Shown: positions 8,602 to 15,771 of the stretch, in pieces | Position numbering within the stretch: position 1 is the first letter of the stretch | Layout of the letters: each line of letters begins with the position of its first letter | Assembly: GCF_000008665.1 (NCBI RefSeq) | Contig: NC_000917.1 | Coordinates: 1,050,001-1,082,000, forward strand | From: Archaeoglobus fulgidus DSM 4304 | GTDB lineage: Archaea; Halobacteriota; Archaeoglobi; Archaeoglobales; Archaeoglobaceae | Length of the DNA stretch: 32,000 nt | Reading direction: 5' to 3' | Made by a program: the position numbers and the translations under genes | The notes under the pieces: generated by a model | What the model saw: the letters and a program-made list of their open reading frames with translations, nothing else | Told to the model about the DNA's origin: nothing | Database searches by the model: none

Positions 8602-9951
8602 TTAATCTTTCACTTCGATACAATATTTTTCTACTAAATCCTGCCACTTTTCATAATCTTCATGTGAAAGAATGTAATTGTTAGCTTCTGCAATTGCGTT
8701 TAATCTCTGCCACTCTCTCGCGTCTTGGTATTCTTTACCAACAGAATCGAGAGAATCTCCATCACTCACAATGTATATTTTTGGCTTAGACTTAAGAGCC
8801 CCAACCCCTAAGTACTCTCCAGACATATCAGTAATGATGCTCGGAGTTGTGGTCTCCACGAAACAATAGCCAGAGCCTTGGTAAATGTAATTGGCGTATC
8901 TTCCGGGGCACTTTATTCCGACTGCCATGTGGTTTTCATCTTCATATACAAGTAAGACCACTCCAAAACCCAGTTCCTTAAGCAACAAGGCCAATAGCAG
9001 TGATTTGTCCTGACAAACACCTTTATAATCATACAGAGCCTCGTAGGGATATTTCCAACTCTCAGTGCTCAGGGTGAAAACCTTCTCGTAGTCGTAAGGA
9101 ATCATCTGCACAATGCTAATGGCAATTCTGGCCTGATCATCTTTAGTTTGCCCAATTACCTTTATCAGCTTAATGAGTTCTTGGATAAATTCAACCTGAT
9201 CTGGTTGGTTAATAATCATTTGATAAATCTCCTGATCGCTTGGGCATTCTGGATCGCAGACAAATGTTCTGGGGAGATTTGAGAGATACTCTTTTAGACC
9301 CCTATACACTGTGAAAGGCAGAGAACTTTTAAGCCCGTTATTGCAGTAGCTCAGAGACCTGTGCTCCGGCCCTAAGGTTAGCTGATATATGCAGCCATCT
9401 CCTTTAGGTATGTACTTTTTTGGGCATCCGCACAAAGAGGCTTTTTTGACAAGAGACCCATTATCACAGAAAAGTGGTCTTGTTGGCGAGCAGGAACCAT
9501 ATGGAGTTCCGTCGTCACACTTTTTGATAGCTGGTGAAGGAGGAACGGTTTGCGAAGGTGGCACTTCTGAAAAAGTTATCGTTCCAGACTGTACGTCAAA
9601 AGGGAAGATATCCGGTAACTGTTTGGAGCGCGAGTAGGTATAGGCTGCAGACACAATAGCGACAAGTAGAACTATAGCGATTAGATACTTAATCGCACTT
9701 CCGCTCTTTTTCTTTTTTACCTGCACTGGAACCCAGTTGTCCTCCGTTCTAACTTTTAATCTTGACGTTCTGCGTCTCGAATAAGTTTTCTTTCTGTGGG
9801 TTCTTGGTGGTGGCGCCTTTCTTCCCCACTGAACTATATTAGGACAGTTGTGTTTAGGAGGTAGCCTATGATCTTCACAAAAAAGACTTCCACAATAGTT
9901 ACATCTAAATGGTAAGTCCACTTTTTTGCCACAGAAATCACATTTAGCCAT
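8602..9951 (-). CDS. Membrane protein: N-terminal AN1-type zinc finger, basic linker, one TM, Cys-rich region and transglutaminase-like (Cys-His) C-terminal domain
   Basis: CDFCGKKVDLPFRCNYCGSLFCEDHRLPPKHNC fits C-x2-C-x9-C-x2-C-x4-C-x2-H-x5-H-x-C. The TM segment is YLIAIVLLVAIVSAAYTY. GVCQDKSLLLALLLKELGF...HMAVGI...GYCFVETT resembles a transglutaminase-core Cys/His arrangement. Confidence 0.6.
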   Translation of the reverse strand: MAKCDFCGKKVDLPFRCNYCGSLFCEDHRLPPKHNCPNIVQWGRKAPPPRTHRKKTYSRRRTSRLKVRTEDNWVPVQVKKKKSGSAIKYLIAIVLLVAIVSAAYTYSRSKQLPDIFPFDVQSGTITFSEVPPSQTVPPSPAIKKCDDGTPYGSCSPTRPLFCDNGSLVKKASLCGCPKKYIPKGDGCIYQLTLGPEHRSLSYCNNGLKSSLPFTVYRGLKEYLSNLPRTFVCDPECPSDQEIYQMIINQPDQVEFIQELIKLIKVIGQTKDDQARIAISIVQMIPYDYEKVFTLSTESWKYPYEALYDYKGVCQDKSLLLALLLKELGFGVVLLVYEDENHMAVGIKCPGRYANYIYQGSGYCFVETTTPSIITDMSGEYLGVGALKSKPKIYIVSDGDSLDSVGKEYQDAREWQRLNAIAEANNYILSHEDYEKWQDLVEKYCIEVKD

Positions 9952-10468
9952 TTATTAGACCCCCATTATTCCACATCGAATCATAAAAAAGCAATCCGAC
10001 AAACAAAAGCAAAAACACCTTTTGTAGTAAAACTTCTCCTTCAGAACCTGTCTTGACGAGATTTATCCGAAAATTTCCGTTTTTGGGCCACAACCAGTTC
10101 ACTCCTGTGGGGTTCAAGCTGTCACTGATCAAGTGAGCCACGTATCCCAAAAAGAAAACAATAGAGTAAATCGGGCTGGACCCGAAGATTAAAAGCAAAA
10201 TTGCAAAAATAAAAGAGAAAATTCCGGCACCAACGAGGCTGTGTGTCCAACCTCTGTGATGCGTTGTTTTTAGAATCGCTCCAGAAAAAACACCCCAGTA
10301 GCTCTTGCTGATGTAGGAGTGGGGGTGATCAATGTCAGGGAGCAGAGTGGAAAACATTGAGATTGTCAGTGCATAGCTATAGGGGATAAACTCGGTGAAC
10401 GATGGAATGAACTCGGCAATTGCGGTGATGAAAAGCATTGAGAAGATCACATGTGTAGTGTGCCTCAT
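9944..10468 (-). CDS. DUF457/YdjM-like membrane-bound metal-dependent hydrolase
   Basis: The protein is polytopic and hydrophobic, with LPDIDHPHS, HHRGWTHS and HLISD His/Asp motifs. The ATG overlaps the upstream stop (TGATG). Its 3' end overlaps the AN1 gene start by 8 nt. Confidence 0.65.
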   Translation of the reverse strand: MRHTTHVIFSMLFITAIAEFIPSFTEFIPYSYALTISMFSTLLPDIDHPHSYISKSYWGVFSGAILKTTHHRGWTHSLVGAGIFSFIFAILLLIFGSSPIYSIVFFLGYVAHLISDSLNPTGVNWLWPKNGNFRINLVKTGSEGEVLLQKVFLLLFVGLLFYDSMWNNGGLING

Positions 10469-10659
10469 CACCAGAGACCGAATCCCTTCTTTCTCTTCTT
10501 CTTTCTCTCAGCGCGCCTCTCTGCGGCACCCAGTGGATCGATAGTCGTGGGGTCTAAAACTCTTACACCTCCAAACTTGGTTTCATGCGACTTCGCAATG
10601 TGCTGATTCAAACCCCTTTTCGTTTTAAACCACCTACCACAATAAGGACATTCGGGCAT
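10468..10659 (-). CDS. Small C2H2 zinc-finger protein with a lysine/arginine-rich tail
   Basis: CPYCGRWFKTKRGLNQHIAKSH fits C-x2-C-x12-H-x4-H. The tail is ERKKKRKKG. AAGGTGTGA lies just upstream of the ATG. Confidence 0.55.
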   Translation of the reverse strand: MPECPYCGRWFKTKRGLNQHIAKSHETKFGGVRVLDPTTIDPLGAAERRAERKKKRKKGFGLW

Positions 10660-10788
10660 ATGTCACACCTTGCTATACTAAATTAAAGTAGTCTTAAATT
10701 TTTCGTTCCATATTGCATTCTTTCATCCACCCCCCAATAACTACCGGCAAATATGATGAGTTCCAGCTATCGAGGGGTTAGCAGTCTT

Positions 10789-10809
10789 TCCCCAATTCCT
10801 GATTGGGGA
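10789..10809. repeat. Perfect 8-bp-stem inverted repeat TCCCCAAT-tcctg-ATTGGGGA
   Basis: Read directly from the sequence. It lies in the 283-bp AT-rich intergenic region between the hbd stop (10943) and the C2H2 gene start (10659). Confidence 0.8.
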
Positions 10810-10913
10810 TATTTTAAAGCTTTTAACACTTTTCAATAGATTGTCCAAGCGGGATTTTTTCGATGATAAAATGCTGAATATCTTTTTTCTCAGAATATTT
10901 TTTTATTAGTCGT

Positions 10914-10936
10914 ATGAAAAAAGTATTGAAAATTTT
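10914..10936 (-). terminator. Candidate oligo-T archaeal terminator after hbd
   Basis: The minus strand just after the stop reads TCTAAAATTTTCAATACTTTTTTC, which contains T4 and T6 runs. Confidence 0.35.
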
Positions 10937-10942
10937 AGATGA

Positions 10943-11830
10943 TTAGCGCTCTATCCCGTAGTAGTCGTACCACCCTCCTCTGCTTCCGGGCTTCCTTCCC
11001 ACGTAACCTGAAAGGACGAGCTTCTTCAACGTGTTTGGTGCAGCGTAGTGCGGCTCCTTCGTTTCGTTGTACAGATACTCGGCAATGTGCAGCGCAGTAT
11101 CCAAGCCAATGAGGTCCATGAGCTCAAAGGGACCCATTGGGAAGCCGAAAGCCAGCTTGCACATCTCGTCAATCTCCTTAATTCCTGCAATTCCAATCTC
11201 GAAGAGTCTTACCGCCTCAACGAGCCACGAGTTTATGAATCTGGTTGTGAAGAAGCCCGGACCATCTCCTGCCTCGATGGGAATCTTGCCCATCTTCTTG
11301 GAAAGCTCAACGGTGATGTTGAAGGTTTCATCGCTCGTTAATGCCCCTCTTATAACCTCGATCAGCCTCATAACCGGAGCAGGATTGAACCAGTGCATCC
11401 CGATGAACTTGTCCTTCCTCTCCACAGCCGTAGCCAGATCAGAAATCATTATTGCGGAGGTGTTTGAGGCTATGATGGTTTCTGGCTTGCATATTCTGTC
11501 CAGCTCGGCAAAAATCTTCTTCTTTAGGTCAGCTTTCTCGGTTACAGCCTCAATTATGAAGTCCGCATCCTTTAAAGCTTCGAGAGACGTTGATGTCCTT
11601 ATCCTCGCCATCACCGCCTTTGCCTCATCCTCGCTCATCTTTCCCTTCTCCACAAGCCTTCTCAGGCCAAAGGGGCCTGATTCTATCAGCTCCATCGCCT
11701 TTTTAAGCACTTCTTCACTCACGTCAACCATTACCACATCATAGCCGGTTCTCGCAGCCACCTGAGCAATTCCATGCCCCATAACTCCAGCGCCAACAAC
11801 TCCAATAACCTTAATATCCTCCAGCTTCAT
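10943..11830 (-). CDS. hbd: 3-hydroxybutyryl/3-hydroxyacyl-CoA dehydrogenase
   Basis: VIGVVGAGVMGHGIAQV, SNTS, HWFNPAP and a full C-terminal domain are present. The start abuts the stop of the upstream crotonase gene. Confidence 0.9.
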   Translation of the reverse strand: MKLEDIKVIGVVGAGVMGHGIAQVAARTGYDVVMVDVSEEVLKKAMELIESGPFGLRRLVEKGKMSEDEAKAVMARIRTSTSLEALKDADFIIEAVTEKADLKKKIFAELDRICKPETIIASNTSAIMISDLATAVERKDKFIGMHWFNPAPVMRLIEVIRGALTSDETFNITVELSKKMGKIPIEAGDGPGFFTTRFINSWLVEAVRLFEIGIAGIKEIDEMCKLAFGFPMGPFELMDLIGLDTALHIAEYLYNETKEPHYAAPNTLKKLVLSGYVGRKPGSRGGWYDYYGIER

Positions 11831-12664
11831 TCAATCACCTCCTTCAACAAACTTCCAGAAGTCGGGCTTCCTCTTCTCCATGAAGGCGTTTCTGCCCTCA
11901 AGCGACTCCTCAGTGCCGTAGTAGAGGCTTAGCCCTCCCACGCCAAGCTCCGTTATGCCCGCAAGGCCTTCAGTGTCAGCCAGAAAGGCGTATTTTAGCA
12001 TTTTCAATGCTGTAGGGCTTTTTTCAAGCAGCTCGCTGCACCACTTCTCCACCTCTTCGTCAAGCTTCTCGTGGGGGACAACAGCATTGACAAGGCCCAT
12101 TTTCAGGGCCTCTTCAGCGGTGTAGAGCCTGCAGAGGAACCAGATTTCCTTCGCCCTCTTCATTCCAACGTTTCTCCAAAGCTCTCCAGTGCCAAAACCT
12201 GGGTCGAAGCTGCCAACCCTCGGCCCCGCCTGACCGAACTTTGCTTTTTCAGAGGCTATTGAGAGATCACAGTTCACCTGCCAAACATGCCCCCCACCGA
12301 CAGCATAGCCATTCACTCTCGCAATGACTGGCTTGGGAATGTGCCTGATGAGAAAGGTGACTATCTGCCATCCCACCTCAAGCGGTAAAGCGGCAATAGT
12401 CCCCTCAAGCTCCTCGCTGCTGTAGCTGTACCCACCCAGATCCCTGATGGACTGGTCCCCACCGACGCAGAAGGCTTTATCCCCTGCCCCCGTGAAAACG
12501 ACAACACCAATCTTCCTGTCCGTCCATGCGTCAATGAAGGCCTTGCTAATCTCGTAAACCGTCACGGGCGTGCAGGCGTTCAGCTTTTCGGGGCGGTTGA
12601 TGGTTATTTTCGCCACTCTTCCCTCTTTCTCGTAGATTATGTCCTGAAACTTCAAAAAGCCCAC
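11831..12664 (-). CDS. MenB/BadI-type crotonase (1,4-dihydroxy-2-naphthoyl-CoA synthase / 2-ketocyclohexanecarboxyl-CoA hydrolase family)
   Basis: GAGDKAFCVGGDQ, GYAVGGGH, GQAGPRVGSFD, KRAKEIWFLCR and EGRNAFMEKRKPDF closely parallel MenB as recalled from memory. The start is GTG at 12664 or the in-frame TTG at 12655, which sits 6 nt after GGAGGTG. Confidence 0.85.
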   Translation of the reverse strand: MGFLKFQDIIYEKEGRVAKITINRPEKLNACTPVTVYEISKAFIDAWTDRKIGVVVFTGAGDKAFCVGGDQSIRDLGGYSYSSEELEGTIAALPLEVGWQIVTFLIRHIPKPVIARVNGYAVGGGHVWQVNCDLSIASEKAKFGQAGPRVGSFDPGFGTGELWRNVGMKRAKEIWFLCRLYTAEEALKMGLVNAVVPHEKLDEEVEKWCSELLEKSPTALKMLKYAFLADTEGLAGITELGVGGLSLYYGTEESLEGRNAFMEKRKPDFWKFVEGGD

Positions 12665-12696
12665 CTCCGGGCAGGGAAAAATGTACTGGAAAATAC

Positions 12697-14691
12697 TTAA
12701 GATTTCCTCTTTGCAACCGTAACCATGTGTCTCAGTGCCCTTACAGCCCTTTCTGGAGTGGGGTAAACGGGAACTCCGCTCCTCTCAATCTCAATCCTCG
12801 CCTGCCTCAGCTCCTCTATGTCGTCCTTCATGGTGAAAAGGACCGGCTTGCTGAACTTCCTGGTCCACGAGAAGTCGACGCCGAGCTTCATAATGCTGGG
12901 AATGAAAACCCCCGCAACAATCGCATCTATGTTCTCATCCTCGTTGAAGACCTTCAGCACCTCATTGAAGACCTCATCACCGCTTTTTTCTGCTATTGGA
13001 TAGAGGTCGAGCGGGTTGTTGATGCTGTGCCACTCCGGGGCGAGTTCGTACAGCCTTTCGAGCGTTTTCTCCGAGTACTTCGCCAGCTCCAAGCCGTTCT
13101 CCACTACTGCATCCGCTGACATCACGCACTCTGCCCCAGAAGGCTGGATTACGCCAACTCTCGTGCCTCTGGGAAGGGGCTGCAAGGCGAGGGCCTTCGC
13201 AGCATCCACCAGCTCCTCGAAATCGTAAACCTTTGCCACTCCTGCTTGTTTGCATGCGGCCTCGAAAATCTCCTCGCTTGTTGATATTGAGGCGGTGTGG
13301 CTTAAGGCGCTCCTCTTCCCCGCCTCAGTCCTCCCCGACTTCAGAACGACGATGGGCTTGGTTGAGGCTTTCATGAGCTCGTAGAACTTCCTGCCGTTTG
13401 TGAAGCCTTCGAGGTAGGCTGCAACAACCCTCGTTTTTTCATCCTTCAGCAAAAAGTTTAGCACCTCCACCTCTCCAACATCAGCCTTGTTGCCTATTGC
13501 AACGATTTTGCTGAATCCTACATGCCACAGAGGCAGGAGAATGAAGTTGGCAACCGCACCGCTCTGGGCGAGAACACCGATGTTTCCTTGACCGATTTTT
13601 CTGAGCACTGAGAAGAAGGAGGTCAATCCCGATTCAGGGTCGAGTATGCCCATAGTGTTTGGCCCGACTATCCTCATTCCGCTTTTCCTTGCAATCTCCA
13701 CAATCTGCCTTTCCAGCTCCTTTCCCTGCTCCCAGCCCTCCGCAAAACCTGCGCTCAAAACAATGATTCCTTTAACTCCCTTCTCCGCACACTCCTTAAC
13801 GACCTCTATGGCGTTTTTTGAGGGGACTGCTATTACGGCGAGGTCAACCTTATCCGGAATCGCTCTGACTGAGGGATAGCACTTATAGCCAAGAATCTCG
13901 CCTGCATTGGGGTTGACGGGATAAACCTTCCCCCTAAAGCCAAGGTGCTTCAAATTGGAAAGAACCCTCCCACCGGGCTTGAGAAGGTTCCTTGAAGCCC
14001 CAATAACCGCCACACTCTTGGCTTTGAAAAAGAAGCTTATATCCTCAACACCCATCTCAAATCTCTTCCTCTCCCCCACCACAATCCTCGCATCCGCCAC
14101 AACAGCTCCTCTCTCATACACAAAAACCGGATTCAGGTCCATCTCCACTATACTCTCCCTCTCAACAACCTCATTCAGCTTAAGCAGCAAATCAACAACT
14201 GCCCCAACATCCCCCCTAACTCCTCTGTAACCCTCAAGCAGCTTATACCCCTTAACCTCCCTAACCATCTCCTCCGCATCTCTCCTTGTTAGGGGAAGCA
14301 GGCGGAAGCTGACATCCTTCAGAACCTCAACAAAAACACCACCAAGCCCAAACATTGCAACGCTTCCAAACTGCTCGTTCTCTGCAACGCCAACAATAAC
14401 CTCGATCCCCTTCTCAAGCTGGGGCTGAACGTTAACTCCCTCAGCTTTTGGAATGGACATCAGCCTTTGGAAAACCTCCCTAACCTCATCCTCCGATTTA
14501 ACGTTAAGAATGACTCCACCAACGTCGCTCTTGTGCACAATTTCTCTGCCTGCAACCTTCATCACAACGGGAAAGCCGATTTCCTTCGCAGCTTTAACAG
14601 CCTGCTCTTCTGTTTCGCAGAAGATGCACTTTGCAGTCTTTATGCCGTACTTTTCCAGCAGAGCTTTGGATTCGTGTTCGAGGAGTAGCAT
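12697..14691 (-). CDS. NDP-forming acyl-CoA synthetase, fused with permuted domain order (ATP-grasp/beta part first, CoA-binding/alpha part second)
   Basis: The N-terminal section (LLEHESKALLEKYGIKT...VVMKV...) is an ATP-grasp domain. It is followed by KSVAVIGAS..., VNPN, GPNTMGI, QSGA and the phosphohistidine loop ALSHTAS. Confidence 0.85.
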   Translation of the reverse strand: MLLLEHESKALLEKYGIKTAKCIFCETEEQAVKAAKEIGFPVVMKVAGREIVHKSDVGGVILNVKSEDEVREVFQRLMSIPKAEGVNVQPQLEKGIEVIVGVAENEQFGSVAMFGLGGVFVEVLKDVSFRLLPLTRRDAEEMVREVKGYKLLEGYRGVRGDVGAVVDLLLKLNEVVERESIVEMDLNPVFVYERGAVVADARIVVGERKRFEMGVEDISFFFKAKSVAVIGASRNLLKPGGRVLSNLKHLGFRGKVYPVNPNAGEILGYKCYPSVRAIPDKVDLAVIAVPSKNAIEVVKECAEKGVKGIIVLSAGFAEGWEQGKELERQIVEIARKSGMRIVGPNTMGILDPESGLTSFFSVLRKIGQGNIGVLAQSGAVANFILLPLWHVGFSKIVAIGNKADVGEVEVLNFLLKDEKTRVVAAYLEGFTNGRKFYELMKASTKPIVVLKSGRTEAGKRSALSHTASISTSEEIFEAACKQAGVAKVYDFEELVDAAKALALQPLPRGTRVGVIQPSGAECVMSADAVVENGLELAKYSEKTLERLYELAPEWHSINNPLDLYPIAEKSGDEVFNEVLKVFNEDENIDAIVAGVFIPSIMKLGVDFSWTRKFSKPVLFTMKDDIEELRQARIEIERSGVPVYPTPERAVRALRHMVTVAKRKS

Positions 14692-14710
14692 GAAATTGCT
14701 TTGATTAACA

Positions 14711-14719
14711 TATATATTA
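14711..14719 (-). promoter_or_regulatory. Candidate TATA box (TAATATATA) for the acyl-CoA synthetase operon, leaderless
   Basis: It is centred about 24 nt upstream of the ATG at 14691, with no SD. Confidence 0.45.
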
Positions 14720-14741
14720 CTATTTTGCTGTAATTTTTAAT

Positions 14742-15323
14742 TCAGAAAATTCTTAAAAGTGTACCATCCAGCATAATTGCGTACCATCTTTTGTAATCGT
14801 ACCTCCTGAACATGAAGCCAGCTGGTCTGTCAAGGTTAACCGCGGTGGAGGCGCAGAGGTCGTTGAATGCAGGAAGAACGACGACTCTTTTGTCTTCAAC
14901 CTCTCCTGTGAGAAAAACTCTCTCTCTGTAACCGCCAGCAGAGTCTTTTACGAAGTAAGCCGGATGTGCGTGGCCGAAAATCAGAACCTTTGCATCCAGG
15001 ACTTCCTCATCAGGCACAGCATGACCGTGGAAAATTCCGTACTTTCCGATTCTGATGCTTTTCTCCCCACTCAATCCGATGTCGTGATTTCCCCTTATAA
15101 GAATCAGATCAGTTACTTCACCAATCTCCCTGATAAACCTCTCGTGCAACCCCTTTTTGCCGATATGCTTCAAATCACCTGCTACAATCAGAGCTTCGAC
15201 TCGCTCTGCTATGCTGAGAGCCTTCTCAATCAGTTCGTTATCATAGTGCCTAACCAGACCGAGATGTATGTCAGCGATTACAGCTTTCCTGCCGATAAAG
15301 AGCACATCCTCCTCTATCCTCAT
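14742..15323 (-). CDS. Calcineurin-like metallophosphoesterase (small SbcD/Mre11-related archaeal type)
   Basis: The motifs ADIHLG, GDLKH, GNHD, HGH and GHAHP appear in canonical order. Confidence 0.8.
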   Translation of the reverse strand: MRIEEDVLFIGRKAVIADIHLGLVRHYDNELIEKALSIAERVEALIVAGDLKHIGKKGLHERFIREIGEVTDLILIRGNHDIGLSGEKSIRIGKYGIFHGHAVPDEEVLDAKVLIFGHAHPAYFVKDSAGGYRERVFLTGEVEDKRVVVLPAFNDLCASTAVNLDRPAGFMFRRYDYKRWYAIMLDGTLLRIF

Positions 15324-15324
15324 C

Positions 15325-15771
15325 TCACTGGAATACTTCTCTCTCTACCTCCTCGATGTAAGGCGCGATGTTTATCCCCACCTCTTTGGCTACGATTAGT
15401 GCAGCCACCGGAAAACTGATTATGCCGCCAAGCTCTTCCTGCTTCCTGTTTACCATGGAAACGACTTCCCTGCCATCCTTTTTTAGTTTTACAGCTATCT
15501 CTTCAATGATTCTATCCGTTACCGACCTTGACAGAAGCTCTGAAAGGTCAGGCTTGAAGTCCGTAAGTTCAACCTCATCCAGGTCAAAGGTTGGCTGGAG
15601 TTCATCATCGCCTGCAAGCAACCCCTCCTTCTCGGCCTCCTCCACGACCTTCTTGCTCCCTTCGTGGGTAAACCAGTTCAAATCGAAGCTCATGGTATAA
15701 ATCAACTCGCTTCTTTTCATTTTCTTTTTTCCCTTGCTCTTGAAGGCTGCAGCGATCACCTTGCGCATCAT
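15325..15771 (-). CDS. Conserved hypothetical protein, co-operonic with RFC-L
   Basis: The 148-aa ORF starts immediately after the rfcL stop and ends 1 nt before the phosphoesterase start. No motif was recognised. Confidence 0.55.
   Translation of the reverse strand: MMRKVIAAAFKSKGKKKMKRSELIYTMSFDLNWFTHEGSKKVVEEAEKEGLLAGDDELQPTFDLDEVELTDFKPDLSELLSRSVTDRIIEEIAVKLKKDGREVVSMVNRKQEELGGIISFPVAALIVAKEVGINIAPYIEEVEREVFQ

Larger units (their letters stand above)
8470..10940. other. AT-rich compositional islet carrying a three-gene translationally coupled operon
   Basis: By eye this stretch is much more A/T-rich than both flanks, with A/T-ending codon choice. This was not computed. No integrase, tRNA or flanking direct repeat was recognised. 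Confidence 0.55.

Noticed and set aside
11067-11744. 225-aa plus-strand Ser-rich ORF. Similar antisense ORFs occur at 16865-17488, 1955-2494, 2256-2768, 13955-14230 and 15368-15700.
   Set aside because: All are mirror-frame ORFs opposite genes with strong family motifs. None has a start signal or a domain signature.
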